Assembly: GCF_018398935.1 (NCBI RefSeq)
Contig: NZ_CP074694.1
Location: 4,740,001-4,772,000, forward strand
Direction of reading: 5' to 3'
Source: Telmatocola sphagniphila
GTDB taxonomy: Bacteria > Planctomycetota > Planctomycetia > Gemmatales > Gemmataceae
DNA length: 32,000 bases
In this document: one piece after another, positions 1 to 10,790 of the stretch
How positions within the stretch are numbered: the first letter of the stretch is position 1
How the letters are laid out: each line of letters opens with the position of its first letter
Notes under the pieces: model-generated
Told to the model about the DNA's origin: nothing
The model's input: only the letters and a program-made list of their open reading frames with translations
Databases searched by the model: none
Program-made: the position numbers and the translations under genes

Positions 1-9
1 CTCGCTCAA

Positions 10-513
10 TCAGGAGGGATCGACGCGGAAGAGGACCTGATCGTATTCCACCGCACCGCCGTTTTGCACCAGGACTTCCACAATCGTGCCGTTGAGACCG
101 GCGGTCAGATCGTTGAAGATCTTCATGGCTTCGACTTTGCAGACCACGGTGTCCTTGGTGACCTTCGAACCGACCTTCACGTAATCGTCTTTATCGGGAG
201 CGGGCTTGGCGTAGTACGTGCCGACCATGGGACTCTTGATTTCCAAATACTTCTTGGTGTCGGCGGCGGGAGCGGGAGCCGCAGTCGGCCCACCGGCCGC
301 GGGCTGAGGATACGACGCCGGTGCGGCCATCGGGACGGGCGCCGCAAGGGGAGCGGCCGCGACCAGCCGGGCACCGCGCCGAAGCCGGATGCGTTGATCT
401 CCCTCGGAGAGATCGACTTCACTGAGATCGAAACGCTTCATCAACCGTACGAGTTGACGGATGGCATCCAGGTCGAATGGTCCTGTACCCGAGGTTTTGC
501 TGTCATCGGCCAC
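10..513 (-). CDS. accB: Acetyl-CoA carboxylase biotin carboxyl carrier protein (BCCP)
   Basis: 167-aa ORF. The C-terminal biotinyl domain carries the biotinylation motif CKVEAMKIFNDL. A Pro/Ala-rich linker (AAAPLAAPVPMAAPASYPQPAAGGPTAAPAPAA) is typical of BCCP. Confidence 0.9.
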   Translation of the reverse strand: MADDSKTSGTGPFDLDAIRQLVRLMKRFDLSEVDLSEGDQRIRLRRGARLVAAAPLAAPVPMAAPASYPQPAAGGPTAAPAPAADTKKYLEIKSPMVGTYYAKPAPDKDDYVKVGSKVTKDTVVCKVEAMKIFNDLTAGLNGTIVEVLVQNGGAVEYDQVLFRVDPS

Positions 514-531
514 GTGGGGCCCTCCCGTGAT

Positions 532-1641
532 TTATCCTTCAAAGAATGCCCAGTCCCGGGGCAAACTGCTGAGTCGTTCCGCTCCGTCGGGCGTGATCAG
601 GAAGTCGTCTTCCATTCGCACCCCGGCGAATCCCTGGAGATAGACGCCGGGTTCCAGCGTCACCACCATATTTGCCTGAAGCACATCCTCGGAATTACTG
701 CGAATCTGCGGTGCTTCGTGAATTTCCAAACCGAAACCGTGACCTAAGCCGTGGTTGAATTCCCGACTGTAGCCCTGCTCGGCCAGGTATCCGCGAGCGG
801 CAATGTCCACCTCGCGAACGTGGACGCCCGGTCGTAGTTTCGCCGCGGCGCGAGCCTGCGCTTCGGATACCATTTTGTATAAATCATGTAAGCGATTTTC
901 AATCATCCGATATCTGGCCGAGTTTGCATAGGGCGACTTGATAACCCTCGTCAGATCGCTCTTGTATCCTTCGTAGGAAGCTCCCCAATCCATCAGGAGA
1001 AAATCCGCTTCTTCCAATTTCTTCGAACTCGGCGGGCAGTGCGGCAAAGCCGAGCGTTCACCCACGCCGGCAATAATCTCGAAGGCGCTCTTGGTTCCCC
1101 CCGCCCAACGGATCGCGAATTCCATTCGATTCACCAGATCGAATTCCGAATCCTGGGGCTGAATGTGGTTCCGAAAGTTCGTAAACGCTTCCTCAGCTAT
1201 GCTTATAGCCCGTCGAATCGTCAGGATCTCGCTGGCATCCTTGATCGCCCGCAAAGATTCGATCCAGCCCGATCTGGGGACAAAAGTGGCCGTCGGGACC
1301 AATTCCTGAAATTTTTCGAGTCCGGCCACTGGCATATACGCCGCCTCGATGCCAATTTTGCGAACCCCCAGTTTACTGAGGACCTCGCCCAGTAATTGCG
1401 GCGTGGAACGGTCGTGTCCTCGAATTTGGACTTCCAGATGGGGGCACTCGTCCTGAATCTGGATGGCAAACCGATCATCACTCAGAAGGATCGCCCGGTC
1501 CCGAGTGACTAGTAAATAAGAAGAATCGCCGGTAAAGCCACTCAAGTAAGTGACATGATGGACAGCCGAAACGATATAAGCATCCAAGTCCGCTTGGATG
1601 ATCTCGGCGGTCAGTTTCTGCAAGCGAGATTCTGTACTCAT
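532..1641 (-). CDS. M24-family Xaa-Pro aminopeptidase (aminopeptidase P-like)
   Basis: 369 aa. Creatinase/prolidase-type N-domain plus pita-bread catalytic domain. Metal-ligand motifs HGLGHGFGLEIHEAP and VVTLEPGVY...VRMEDD are present. It lies immediately upstream of accB on the same strand. Confidence 0.85.
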   Translation of the reverse strand: MSTESRLQKLTAEIIQADLDAYIVSAVHHVTYLSGFTGDSSYLLVTRDRAILLSDDRFAIQIQDECPHLEVQIRGHDRSTPQLLGEVLSKLGVRKIGIEAAYMPVAGLEKFQELVPTATFVPRSGWIESLRAIKDASEILTIRRAISIAEEAFTNFRNHIQPQDSEFDLVNRMEFAIRWAGGTKSAFEIIAGVGERSALPHCPPSSKKLEEADFLLMDWGASYEGYKSDLTRVIKSPYANSARYRMIENRLHDLYKMVSEAQARAAAKLRPGVHVREVDIAARGYLAEQGYSREFNHGLGHGFGLEIHEAPQIRSNSEDVLQANMVVTLEPGVYLQGFAGVRMEDDFLITPDGAERLSSLPRDWAFFEG

Positions 1642-1751
1642 GCTCGGCTCCCATTTTTGAAATAGCTTACAAAATTCTCTTCCCCCTAGACCGGGTATGA
1701 GGCAAACTAGGTGAATTCCTTCCGCCTTGTCTCCTCGTCGGAGTTCGGTTC

Positions 1752-3014
1752 ATGGATCGTCGCGCTTTTGTGTTAACCTCCGCTTCCGCGCTCGCTTTAT
1801 CTGCCACTTCCTATGGGAAAATACTCGGCGCCAATGATCGCCTTCAGCTGGGGATTATGGGAATGGGCGGCCGGGGTAACGAGATGGCACCGGTCTGGGC
1901 CAAGCTGAATAACGTGGAGATCGCCTATTTTGCCGATCCCGATAAAGATCGACTGACGGCGGCGGGTGCCAAGTTTGAAAAAGCGACCAAGAAACCCGTT
2001 CCGAAGTTGGCTAAAGATTTTCGCTCTTTCCTCGATGACAAGAATGTCGATGCCATGTTCTGCTCGGCCCCGAACCACTGGCATGCTCCGGGAGCAATCG
2101 CCGCTTTGAATGCCGGAAAGCACGTTTATGTCGAGAAACCCTGTAGCCATAACGGCCAGGAGGGCGAATGGCTGGTCACTGCGGCCGAGAAGCACAAAAA
2201 ACTCGTGCAGATGGGAAATCAGAGGCGAAGTTTCGAGAAGATTCAAGAAGCTATCAAGCTGATTCATGAAGGCGAACTCGGGCGGGTTTATCTGGCCCAA
2301 TGCTGGTATCAGAATTCCCGGGGAGCTACCGGAACCGGCATGGCCAAGGATCCGCCGGCAGCCCTCGATTACGATCTCTGGCAGGGACCGGCGACCCGCA
2401 AGCCCTTTCGAAGCAACTATCTTCACTACACCTGGCACTGGTTCTGGCACTGGGGCAACGGCGAACTGGGCAATAACGGCATTCATATGATCGACGTCTG
2501 CCGTTGGGGCTTGCAGGCCGAGTATCCGATTCAGGTGACCAGCACCGGCGGGCGCTATCGCTTCCAGGACGATCAGGAGACCCCCGATACCAATCTTGTT
2601 ACCATCGTCTATCCGGATCGCAAGTCGATTGTCTGGGAAGGACTATCCTGCAATCGGTTCCCGGAAGGAAAGACACCCGATGTGCTGTTCCATGGCGAAA
2701 AGGGTTCGCTTTCCATTTCGGGCGGCGGCTACCGAATCTATGACGAAAAAGGCAAAGAAAAGAAAAAGGTCGATGGATCGGCGGATATTACGCCGCACGT
2801 TCAGAATTTTGTCGATGCCGTGCGGGGCTCGGCCAAGCTGAATAGTCCTATAACCGAGGGCCACAAGAGCACTCTGGTTTGCCATCTCGGTAACATCGCT
2901 TATCGCTTGGGACGGCTCGTCAACGTCGACTCTGAAACCGGCCGGCCGGTCGATGAGGAAGCCGCGAAGTTGTGGGGAAAACAATACGAAAAAGGCTGGG
3001 AACCGAAGGTCTGA
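1752..3014 (+). CDS. Gfo/Idh/MocA-family NAD(P)-dependent oxidoreductase with twin-arginine (Tat) signal
   Basis: 420 aa. N-terminus MDRRAFVLTSASALALSA is Tat-like. Rossmann motif LGIMGMGGRGNEM and the family-typical VYVEKP motif are present. Confidence 0.85.
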   Translation: MDRRAFVLTSASALALSATSYGKILGANDRLQLGIMGMGGRGNEMAPVWAKLNNVEIAYFADPDKDRLTAAGAKFEKATKKPVPKLAKDFRSFLDDKNVDAMFCSAPNHWHAPGAIAALNAGKHVYVEKPCSHNGQEGEWLVTAAEKHKKLVQMGNQRRSFEKIQEAIKLIHEGELGRVYLAQCWYQNSRGATGTGMAKDPPAALDYDLWQGPATRKPFRSNYLHYTWHWFWHWGNGELGNNGIHMIDVCRWGLQAEYPIQVTSTGGRYRFQDDQETPDTNLVTIVYPDRKSIVWEGLSCNRFPEGKTPDVLFHGEKGSLSISGGGYRIYDEKGKEKKKVDGSADITPHVQNFVDAVRGSAKLNSPITEGHKSTLVCHLGNIAYRLGRLVNVDSETGRPVDEEAAKLWGKQYEKGWEPKV

Positions 3015-3135
3015 GAGCTCCGCACTTTTTGCCAAAACGGGAATTGCTTTCCTTAGGCCGAAATTAGAGTACCCTTTTGCCATCCGGAGCACTTAACATA
3101 TCTGCATACTCCTGTTTCGATATAGGAACTCTCTT

Positions 3136-5997
3136 ATGGTGCGGATTGGTCTCGCGGGAATTCTGCTCGGTCTTGTGGCTTTACTCGGCCTATGGTCGCG
3201 TGGGAACGCCTCCTGGCTCGTCTCGTCCGACGAAAATTCGCTGCAGAAGAGTACCGTTGCGCCGACCGCTTTCGAGTGCCGTTTCACCGAGACACCCCCA
3301 AAAATCGACGGCAATCCGAACGATGAGTGCTGGAAGCAGGCTCAGGAAATCTCCTGCTTTCGCAAGCACTGGAAACAGGGCGAAGAACAGACGCCCAAGA
3401 GTAAAACCAAAGCGAAACTGCTCTGGGATCGGGAATATATTTACTTCCTGGCCGAGATGGAGGATGAGGATCTCTTTGCCGACATCACCGAACACGACGG
3501 CAACACCTGGTTCAACGATGTGTTCGAACTGTTCCTAAAACCGGACGAGAAGAAGCCGGGCTATTACGAATTTCAGGTCAACGCCGCGAATACGATCTTC
3601 GATTGCTACTTTCCCGAAAGAGGTAAAGGCAACTTCGATCAGATCAAGAAGGCCGATACTTTTCACATCGATGCCAAAGTGAAACTCGACGGCACGCTCA
3701 ACAAGCGCGACGACAAGGACAAAGGCTGGGTGGTCGAGGGCCGCATTCCCTGGAGTGATTTCGCCAAATCGGGCGGCCGACCGGAAGTGAATGCGATCTG
3801 GAAGACGAACCTCAGCCGCTACGATTACAACATTCACTGGAAGGAGCCCGATACCTCTTCCGCGGCTCCGCTGACCAAGCCCGATTTTCACCGCTATGAA
3901 GATTTCGCCGATCTGAAATTCACCGGCCCGGCTAAAGCTGATGGCCCGAAGCGAGTCGCCGGTACGACTTCCAAGGTGACTGGATTTCCCGAACCGCCGC
4001 CGCCTTACCGGATCAAGCGAGTTCATCCCGGCGTGACACTCGAATATCCAATCGCCGTGGTGAATCAGCCGAAGACCGACCTTTTGTGGGTCATCACGGA
4101 AGAATCTCGCTACGGCCCCACCAAAGTGGTCCGCCTGAAAGATCAGCCAGACGTGAAGGATTTTCAAGTTCTGCTCACTGACATTGGCGTGGCTTACAAT
4201 ATCTGCTTTCACCCGAAATTCTTGGAAAACGGCTACGTCTACCTCGGCCACAACATCGGCACACCCAAGGGAAATGCCACCCGAATCACCCGTTACACCG
4301 TCGATTTGAAAGAACCTAACAAAGTCGATCCGGCCTCGGCGAAGATCATCATCGAAGCGTTGTGCGATGGCCATAATGGCGGGGCGATCTGCTTCGGTAA
4401 TGACGGCATGATGTATGTGACCTTCGGAGATGGCACGGCCGATTCCGACCGCAATCTGAAGGGGCAGGATATGACCTCCCTCCTGGCCAAGGTGCTACGC
4501 CTAGATGTCGATCATCCCGACGAAGGCAAGCCCTACTCCGTTCCCAAGGATAATCCCTTCGTCGGCCAGAAAGATATCGTGCCGGAAACCTGGGCCTACG
4601 GCATGCGCAATCCCTGGCGAATGACTTGCGATCCGGTCACCGGTCATATCTGGGTAGGGCAGAATGGGCAGGATCTCTGGGAACAGGTCTATCTCATTCA
4701 CAAAGGCGATAACTGCGGTTGGAGCATTCAGGAAGGGAGCCATCCTTTTTATCCGGATCGCAAGCGCGGCCCTACGCCGATCGTTAATCCCACTTTCGAA
4801 CATAGCCATGCGGAATCTCGTTCGCTGACCGGCGGGCTGGTCTATTACGGCAAGAAGTTCCCGGAATTGCGCGGAGCTTACATTTACGGCGATTACAGCA
4901 CCGGCCGAATCTGGGCCGGCAAGCACGATGGTACTAAAGTTCTCTGGCACAAGCTCTTGGCAGTAACGCCGATGCTGATTACCTATTTCGGATTGGATAA
5001 AGACGGCGAAATTTTGATCTGCGATCATCAGCCTCCGGGACAGGGGGGCTTCTACACACTGGAGTCGACGCCGTCAGACGATTCGTATTTGCGCTTTCCG
5101 AAGAAGCTCAGCGAAACCGGCCTCTTTAAGGACATCAAGACCCATACGCTGCAGCCGAGCGTTTATCCCTACTCGATCAACGCCCCCTTCTGGTCGGATG
5201 GCTCGGCCAAATCCCGCTTCTTCTATCTACCGGGCGATACGCAGATCGATTACAAGAGCAAGGATGGTTGGGAATTTCCCGATGATGCAGTCACCATCAA
5301 ATCTTTCTCTCTGGAAACCGCTCAAGGGAAGAAGTGGATTGAAACTCGCCTGATGAGCCGGCAGATGGGCCAGTGGTACGGCTATTCCTATATCTGGAAT
5401 CCGGAGCAGACGGATGCCGATCTCGTGGAAGCAACCGGCCGGGATGTGAAGTACAATTTGGCCGATGGCAGCACGCAGGTCTGGCATTATCCAAGCCGGG
5501 CCGATTGCCTGGTCTGTCATAGCCGGGCGGCCAATTTCGTGCTAGGACTCAGCGAGTTACAGGCGAACAAAGGCGATCAGTTGCGGCAGTTCGAAAGCCT
5601 GGGCTTATTAAAAACCGGTCTGCTACCAAACCCTCCAGAGAAGTTGAAAAAGTTGGTCGATCCGTTCGATCCCAAGCAAGATTTGAACCTTCGGGCGAGA
5701 GCCTGGCTGCATAGCAATTGCGCCAGTTGTCACGTGGAGGCCGGTGGAGGCAATGCTCAATTCGATGCGCATTTCGAAACTGAAGTTCAGAAGATGAAGT
5801 TGATGAACGTGGCACCTATGCATCACAAATTCGGGGTGGAAGATGCCAAACTCATTTACCCCGGCGAGCCGGATAAATCGGTGATTCTCAAGCGAATCGA
5901 ACAGCGCAAGGAAGGTTTCATGCCGCCGTTGGGTTCGGTGAAGACCGACGAGCGAGCGGTGGAACTGATCCGGGAGTGGATCAAGAGTTTAAAATAG
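3136..5997 (+). CDS. Exported multidomain protein: CBM9/DOMON-like N-domain, PQQ-dependent sugar (glucose/sorbosone) dehydrogenase-like beta-propeller, and C-terminal c-type cytochrome region
   Basis: 953 aa. N-terminal hydrophobic anchor MVRIGLAGILLGLVALLGLWS. The PPKIDGNPNDECW segment is typical of CBM9-like domains. Propeller motifs are HNGGAICFGNDGMMYVTFGDG, GMRNPWRMTCDP and GDNCGWSIQEG. Two heme-binding CxxCH motifs are present (CLVCH, CASCH). Confidence 0.75.
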   Translation: MVRIGLAGILLGLVALLGLWSRGNASWLVSSDENSLQKSTVAPTAFECRFTETPPKIDGNPNDECWKQAQEISCFRKHWKQGEEQTPKSKTKAKLLWDREYIYFLAEMEDEDLFADITEHDGNTWFNDVFELFLKPDEKKPGYYEFQVNAANTIFDCYFPERGKGNFDQIKKADTFHIDAKVKLDGTLNKRDDKDKGWVVEGRIPWSDFAKSGGRPEVNAIWKTNLSRYDYNIHWKEPDTSSAAPLTKPDFHRYEDFADLKFTGPAKADGPKRVAGTTSKVTGFPEPPPPYRIKRVHPGVTLEYPIAVVNQPKTDLLWVITEESRYGPTKVVRLKDQPDVKDFQVLLTDIGVAYNICFHPKFLENGYVYLGHNIGTPKGNATRITRYTVDLKEPNKVDPASAKIIIEALCDGHNGGAICFGNDGMMYVTFGDGTADSDRNLKGQDMTSLLAKVLRLDVDHPDEGKPYSVPKDNPFVGQKDIVPETWAYGMRNPWRMTCDPVTGHIWVGQNGQDLWEQVYLIHKGDNCGWSIQEGSHPFYPDRKRGPTPIVNPTFEHSHAESRSLTGGLVYYGKKFPELRGAYIYGDYSTGRIWAGKHDGTKVLWHKLLAVTPMLITYFGLDKDGEILICDHQPPGQGGFYTLESTPSDDSYLRFPKKLSETGLFKDIKTHTLQPSVYPYSINAPFWSDGSAKSRFFYLPGDTQIDYKSKDGWEFPDDAVTIKSFSLETAQGKKWIETRLMSRQMGQWYGYSYIWNPEQTDADLVEATGRDVKYNLADGSTQVWHYPSRADCLVCHSRAANFVLGLSELQANKGDQLRQFESLGLLKTGLLPNPPEKLKKLVDPFDPKQDLNLRARAWLHSNCASCHVEAGGGNAQFDAHFETEVQKMKLMNVAPMHHKFGVEDAKLIYPGEPDKSVILKRIEQRKEGFMPPLGSVKTDERAVELIREWIKSLK

Positions 5998-6010
5998 GCT
6001 CGGTTTAGCG

Positions 6011-6038
6011 ACGCATCGGAGCGCTAGCGCAGATGCGT
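6011..6038. terminator. Candidate bidirectional hairpin between convergent genes
   Basis: acgcatc...gatgcgt 7-bp inverted repeat enclosing the perfect palindrome gcgctagcgc. It lies between the stop of the 953-aa gene (5997) and the stop of carB (6181). There is no clear U-tract. Confidence 0.3.
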
Positions 6039-6180
6039 GAAGGCCTGCATACCGAACCGCCTCCCACGATGCATGGCCCAATCATGATACGATTGATGCC
6101 TCATTCGCTATACGCATCTCCGCAAAGCCTACGATGCATCGCTAATGAGTAGAAATTGGGCGAGACGTGAAAATGATTCG

Positions 6181-9100
6181 TTACTTCGTAAACCGGTCCT
6201 GCAGCGCGCAGACCGTCAGCTCTTTCTGCCGGAGCGCTCGACAGGCTTCCACCGCCGCCTGAGCCGCGGCCATCGTTGTGATGCAAGTCACGCGCTGAGC
6301 CACCGCACTCGAACGAATCTTCCCTTCATCGGTACGCCGGCCTTTACCACTCGGTGTATTCAGAATCATGGCGATCTCGCCATTCTTCATCTTGTCCAGC
6401 AGATTGGGCCGGCCTTCCTGAATCTTCAATACTTCCTGAACGGTGATACCTTCATTCCGCAGGAACTTGGCAGTACCGCGTGTTGCCAGTAACTGGTAGC
6501 CCAGATCGGCCAGATCCTTGGCAATCGGAATCATCTCCTGCTTGTCCCGATCGTTGACCGAGATGAAGATGGTCCCCTTGGCCGGTAGCGGAGAATTCGC
6601 GGCCAGCTGCGACTTGTAAAAGGCCATCGGGAAAGAATCGTCGATGCCCATCACTTCACCGGTCGAGCGCATTTCCGGGCCGAGGATAATATCCACTCCC
6701 GGGAATTTGTTGAACGGGAAGACCGATTCCTTGACCGAGTAGTGCTTGGGCACCACCTCATCGGCCACATTCAACTCATCCAGGGTCATACCCGCCATAA
6801 CCAGCGCGGCCAGCCGGGCGAGAGGTACGCCGATGGCTTTCGACACGAACGGAATGGTTCGCGAAGCTCGCGGATTGGCTTCCAGAATGTAGATTTCCGG
6901 GGCCGGTCCCCAGGTGTTCGCAATCGCGAACTGAATGTTCATCAAGCCCTTCACCTTCAAGGCGCTGGTCAGCACCCGGGCCTGACGTTTGATCTCGTCG
7001 ATCACCGCCATCGAGAGACTGTGCGGCGGCAGCACGCAGGCTGAATCGCCCGAGTGAATCCCGGCTTCTTCAATGTGCTGCATTACGCCGCCGATAACAA
7101 CGCGTTTGCCATCACTGAGGCAATCGACGTCCACTTCCACGGCGTCTTCGAGGAATTTATCGATCAGGATCGGCTTGCCGGGCGAAGCTTCCATCGCCTT
7201 CTTCACGTAACGTTCCAACGAGCTTTCATCGTGGACGATTTCCATGGCCCGGCCGCCGAGCACGAAGCTGGGCCGGACCAGAACCGGGAAGCCAATCTTG
7301 CGCGAAGTATGCAGAGCACCCTGATAATCGAGCGAGGTACTGCTGGGCGGTTGCTTCAACTTCAATTCGTCGATCAGTTTGCTGAAGAGTTCCCGGTCCT
7401 CCGCCATGTCGATGCTTTCGACGCTGGTCCCGATGATCGGCACACCTTGAGCTTTCAGAGCCTTGGCTAGATTCAACGGCGTCTGACCGCCAAATTGCAC
7501 AATCACACCAGCCGGTTGCATGCGGTCGCAGATGTTCATCACATCCTCGGCCGTCAGCGGTTCGAAGAACAGATGATCGGAAGTATCGTAATCGGTACTG
7601 ACGGTTTCCGGGTTCGAGTTGACCATGATGGTTTCGAAGCCCGCTTTGCGTAACGCCACCACTGCTTGAACGCAGCAGTAATCGAACTCGATCCCCTGGC
7701 CGATACGGTTGGGGCCGCCACCGAGAATCATGATTCGCTTTTTGCCGCTGGTCGGACGAATTTCGTCCTCGAGTTCCATCGAAAACGTTCCATCCGGCAT
7801 CCGGACCAGAAAAGGCGTTTCGTACGTGGAGTAGTAGTAGGGAGTGAACGCTTCGAACTCCGCGGCACAGGTATCAACCAGTTTGAAAACTGCCTTCACA
7901 CCAAAGGTTTTGCGGAGTTTGCGGACTTCGGTTTCGGAAGTTTCCCAGAGGTTGGCCAGTTGCCGGTCGATGAAACCCATCTGCTTGGCTTCCAGCATCA
8001 AAGCCGGGGTGACATCTTGGAGCTTGGTGTTGCGAATCACATCTTCGTATTTCACCAGTTCTTCGATTTGGCGAAGGAACCACGGATCGATGTGAGTGCG
8101 GGCATGGATATCCTCGACGCTCAGTCCGGACTTCAAACCGTAGCGAATGAACCAGATGCGTTCGGCATTCGGTTTCGCCAGCTTGTTATTGATTTCTTCC
8201 ATCGTCGGCTGGTCGGGGGTGCCCCAGCGGTCGAGACGGTCGCAGCCGAGACCGAAGCGGGAAACTTCGAGGCCGCGCAAGGCTTTTTGCAGCGATTCCT
8301 TGAAAGTCCGACCGATGGCCATGGTCTCGCCGACCGATTTCATCTGAGTCGTGAGTGTCGGGTCGGCATCGGGGAATTTTTCGAAATTGAAGCGGGGGAC
8401 CTTGGTCACCACATAATCGATAGTCGGCTCGAAGCTGGCCGGGGTATCGCGGGTGATATCGTTTTTCAATTCATCGAGCGTGAAGCCGACGGCCAGCTTG
8501 GCGGCTATCTTGGCGATCGGGAAGCCGGTGGCCTTGGAGGCCAGAGCGCTCGAGCGGCTGACGCGCGGATTCATTTCGATAACGATCATCCGGCCGGTGG
8601 CCGGGTTGACGGCGAATTGAATGTTGGAACCGCCCGTTTCCACGCCGATTTCGCGAATGATGGCCTTGGCCGCATCGCGCATCCGCTGATATTCCTTGTC
8701 CGAAAGCGTCTGAATCGGGGCAACGGTGATGCTGTCGCCGGTGTGCACACCCATCGGATCTAGGTTTTCGATGGAGCAAATGATAATGACGTTATCGGCC
8801 TTATCGCGCACGACTTCGAGTTCGAATTCCTTCCAGCCGATGATGCTTTCTTCGATGAGCACTTCGCCGACCGGGCTCAGTTCCAAGCCCAGGGTGAGCA
8901 TGGAAATGAATTCTTCGCGGTTGTAAGCGATGCCGCCGCCGGTGCCTCCCATAGTGAAGCTGGGGCGCAGCACGCAGGGCAGTCCGATGGTTTCGACGAT
9001 TTTATTTCCCTCGGCGAGGCTCTTGGCCACGCCCGATTGGGGAACATCCAAACCGATTTTAAGAATGGCTTCCTTGAATTTGAAGCGATCCTCGGCCTTG

Positions 9101-9480
9101 TCGATAACGTCGGCTTTGGCGCCGATCATTTCGACGTTGTATTTTTCCAGAACGCCATGTTTGTACAGGTCCATGGCGGTGTTCAGACCGGTTTGACCAC
9201 CGAGGGTCGGGAGAAGCGCATCGGGCCGCTCTTTGGCGATGATTTTTTCCACTACCTGCCAGGTAATTGGCTCGATGTAGGTGCGATCCGCCGTATCCGG
9301 ATCGGTCATGATCGTGGCCGGGTTCGAATTAACGAGTACGACCTCGTACCCTTCTTCGCGGAGGGCCTTGCAGGCCTGGGTGCCAGAATAATCGAATTCA
9401 CAGGCCTGACCGATGATGATGGGACCGGAACCAATTAGCAGGATTTTCTTGATGTCTGTACGTTTCGGCATGGTGCTCAA
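6181..9480 (-). CDS. carB: Carbamoyl-phosphate synthase large subunit
   Basis: 1099 aa. Canonical N-terminus [57 protein letters not shown]. The ATP-grasp halves are duplicated (second half [20 protein letters not shown]). A C-terminal MGS-like allosteric domain is present. Confidence 0.97.
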   Translation of the reverse strand: MSTMPKRTDIKKILLIGSGPIIIGQACEFDYSGTQACKALREEGYEVVLVNSNPATIMTDPDTADRTYIEPITWQVVEKIIAKERPDALLPTLGGQTGLNTAMDLYKHGVLEKYNVEMIGAKADVIDKAEDRFKFKEAILKIGLDVPQSGVAKSLAEGNKIVETIGLPCVLRPSFTMGGTGGGIAYNREEFISMLTLGLELSPVGEVLIEESIIGWKEFELEVVRDKADNVIIICSIENLDPMGVHTGDSITVAPIQTLSDKEYQRMRDAAKAIIREIGVETGGSNIQFAVNPATGRMIVIEMNPRVSRSSALASKATGFPIAKIAAKLAVGFTLDELKNDITRDTPASFEPTIDYVVTKVPRFNFEKFPDADPTLTTQMKSVGETMAIGRTFKESLQKALRGLEVSRFGLGCDRLDRWGTPDQPTMEEINNKLAKPNAERIWFIRYGLKSGLSVEDIHARTHIDPWFLRQIEELVKYEDVIRNTKLQDVTPALMLEAKQMGFIDRQLANLWETSETEVRKLRKTFGVKAVFKLVDTCAAEFEAFTPYYYSTYETPFLVRMPDGTFSMELEDEIRPTSGKKRIMILGGGPNRIGQGIEFDYCCVQAVVALRKAGFETIMVNSNPETVSTDYDTSDHLFFEPLTAEDVMNICDRMQPAGVIVQFGGQTPLNLAKALKAQGVPIIGTSVESIDMAEDRELFSKLIDELKLKQPPSSTSLDYQGALHTSRKIGFPVLVRPSFVLGGRAMEIVHDESSLERYVKKAMEASPGKPILIDKFLEDAVEVDVDCLSDGKRVVIGGVMQHIEEAGIHSGDSACVLPPHSLSMAVIDEIKRQARVLTSALKVKGLMNIQFAIANTWGPAPEIYILEANPRASRTIPFVSKAIGVPLARLAALVMAGMTLDELNVADEVVPKHYSVKESVFPFNKFPGVDIILGPEMRSTGEVMGIDDSFPMAFYKSQLAANSPLPAKGTIFISVNDRDKQEMIPIAKDLADLGYQLLATRGTAKFLRNEGITVQEVLKIQEGRPNLLDKMKNGEIAMILNTPSGKGRRTDEGKIRSSAVAQRVTCITTMAAAQAAVEACRALRQKELTVCALQDRFTK

Positions 9481-9624
9481 AGTAGAGATTTCGAATCGAA
9501 ACTCGAATCATCTTACGGAGTCGGGCAAAATCTGTCTTGGAGTGTTTTGACGAATCGGCCTAAACGTCAACTATCGAAGAAAAAAACTGGCTTTTATACC
9601 GCCGGGCGAGCTCCCCGAGTGCCA

Positions 9625-10257
9625 TTATTCCGCTGAAGCAGAGTTTGTAGAACCATGGAGCGCCTTGGCAATCAATTCATCGAAATACGCAGGGCGACGT
9701 AGGGGAATGACGACCATCACGAGACCGAATACGAAAAAGGCCATACCGACGAGTTTTGTGATCATTCCTGCGTAAGGGAAGGTTGGCAGCTTACCGGTGA
9801 TGTTGCCATCGCGAAGGATAAGGCTGGCAATCAAAACGCCGCTTCCCAAAATCATTAGCACGCTGCCCAAGACAACACTTAGTCTAGGATGAATGTGCGA
9901 CCAGGGGACATGAACCATATCGTGCGCCGTAGCCTTCGCAGTTTCCAAATCGACGCCACCGCTGATCAAAAGTTGGGTCGCTTCGTTTGCGTTCAACCCG
10001 GCGGCCACTTTTTTGGCTGTTTCCGAAAGTAATATTTCCCGCCGGGCCTTCTGAAGAATCCAGTCGACATTTTCGGGACGCATCTTCTCGGCAAGCAGAC
10101 GTTCTTTTATTTGTTCGGAGTTGGCTGAAGATTTCAGAGCATCCTGAGCCAAGTTCATAATCCGTTTGACTTTACGACCGTTCTGCCAAAAAGCAAAACC
10201 AATAAGACTGAGGATTCCCAAACCACCGCAAATGGATATCGCCGGTAAGTATTCCAT
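9625..10257 (-). CDS. Hypothetical integral membrane protein
   Basis: 210 aa. One N-terminal and two C-terminal hydrophobic helices flank a charged helical middle region. I recognised no family. Confidence 0.6.
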   Translation of the reverse strand: MEYLPAISICGGLGILSLIGFAFWQNGRKVKRIMNLAQDALKSSANSEQIKERLLAEKMRPENVDWILQKARREILLSETAKKVAAGLNANEATQLLISGGVDLETAKATAHDMVHVPWSHIHPRLSVVLGSVLMILGSGVLIASLILRDGNITGKLPTFPYAGMITKLVGMAFFVFGLVMVVIPLRRPAYFDELIAKALHGSTNSASAE

Positions 10258-10391
10258 GGGGCAACCTGACGCATTGGGCTAAGAAAAATTTTGTGGATGA
10301 TCGCCTGTTAAAAAACACATCGCGATTGGCATATTTATATGAACTTTTTCTTATCTTTTGAAGCTCCCCTGCTTTTGAATCACCAATTTCT

Positions 10392-10790
10392 CCCCGGGTA
10401 GACCGAAACGGTCAACCCGAGGCTCACCCCTCGCTTTGCCCTCCGGGAAAAGAAAATATTGTGCTGTGTACCATGCCCGGAGCTTCGAGCCCCGGGTAGA
10501 CCGAAACGGTCAACCCGGGACTCACCCCTCTCTTTGCCCTCCGGGAAAAGAAAATTTTGTCGTGTATACCATGCCCGGAGGGCAGGCAGATATTAGACCC
10601 AGGTTGCTCGCTTCGAGCCCCGGGTAGACCGAAACGGTCAACCCGAGGCTCACCCCTCTCTTTGCCCTCCGGGAAAAGAAAATTTTGTGCTGTATACCAT
10701 GCCCGGAGGGCATGCAGATATTAGACCCGGGTTGCTCGCTTCGAGCTACCCGGGGATTGAATATCCAGGTTGACCGTTTCGATCAACCCA
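10392..10790. repeat. Tandem array (3 copies plus one degenerate inverted end) of a composite palindromic repeat, REP/BIME- or MITE-like
   Basis: Units start at 10392, 10490 and 10618, giving periods of 98 and 128 bp. The first copy lacks a 30-nt internal segment. Each unit has the hairpin cccgggtagacc-gaaac-ggtcaacccg(a/g)g and a 10-bp stem gccctccggg/cccggagggc around an AT-rich 28-nt loop. A degenerate inverted copy (ggttgaccgtttcgatcaaccc) lies at 10768-10790. Confidence 0.9.

Noticed and set aside
7666-8763. Long antisense ORF (365 aa) inside carB, plus similar shadow ORFs at 64..747, 1797..2486, 3535..4374 and 4501..5028
   Set aside because: They lie opposite or out of frame to strongly supported genes. 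Their products are low-complexity and Arg/Gly/Asp-rich, as is typical of high-GC shadow frames.
10436-10713. ORFs 10436..10627 (+) and 10522..10713 (-), both starting MPSG...
   Set aside because: They lie entirely within the tandem palindromic repeats and mirror each other because of the palindromes. They are artefacts of repeat structure, not genes.
10392-10790. Possible CRISPR array (regularly spaced GC-rich palindromic repeats). The same question applies to 28917-29357.
   Set aside because: Whole units of 98-150 bp are repeated nearly identically, including the inter-hairpin sequence, so there are no unique spacers. The repeats are strongly self-palindromic and modular, like REP/BIME or MITE elements. 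No cas genes are in the window.
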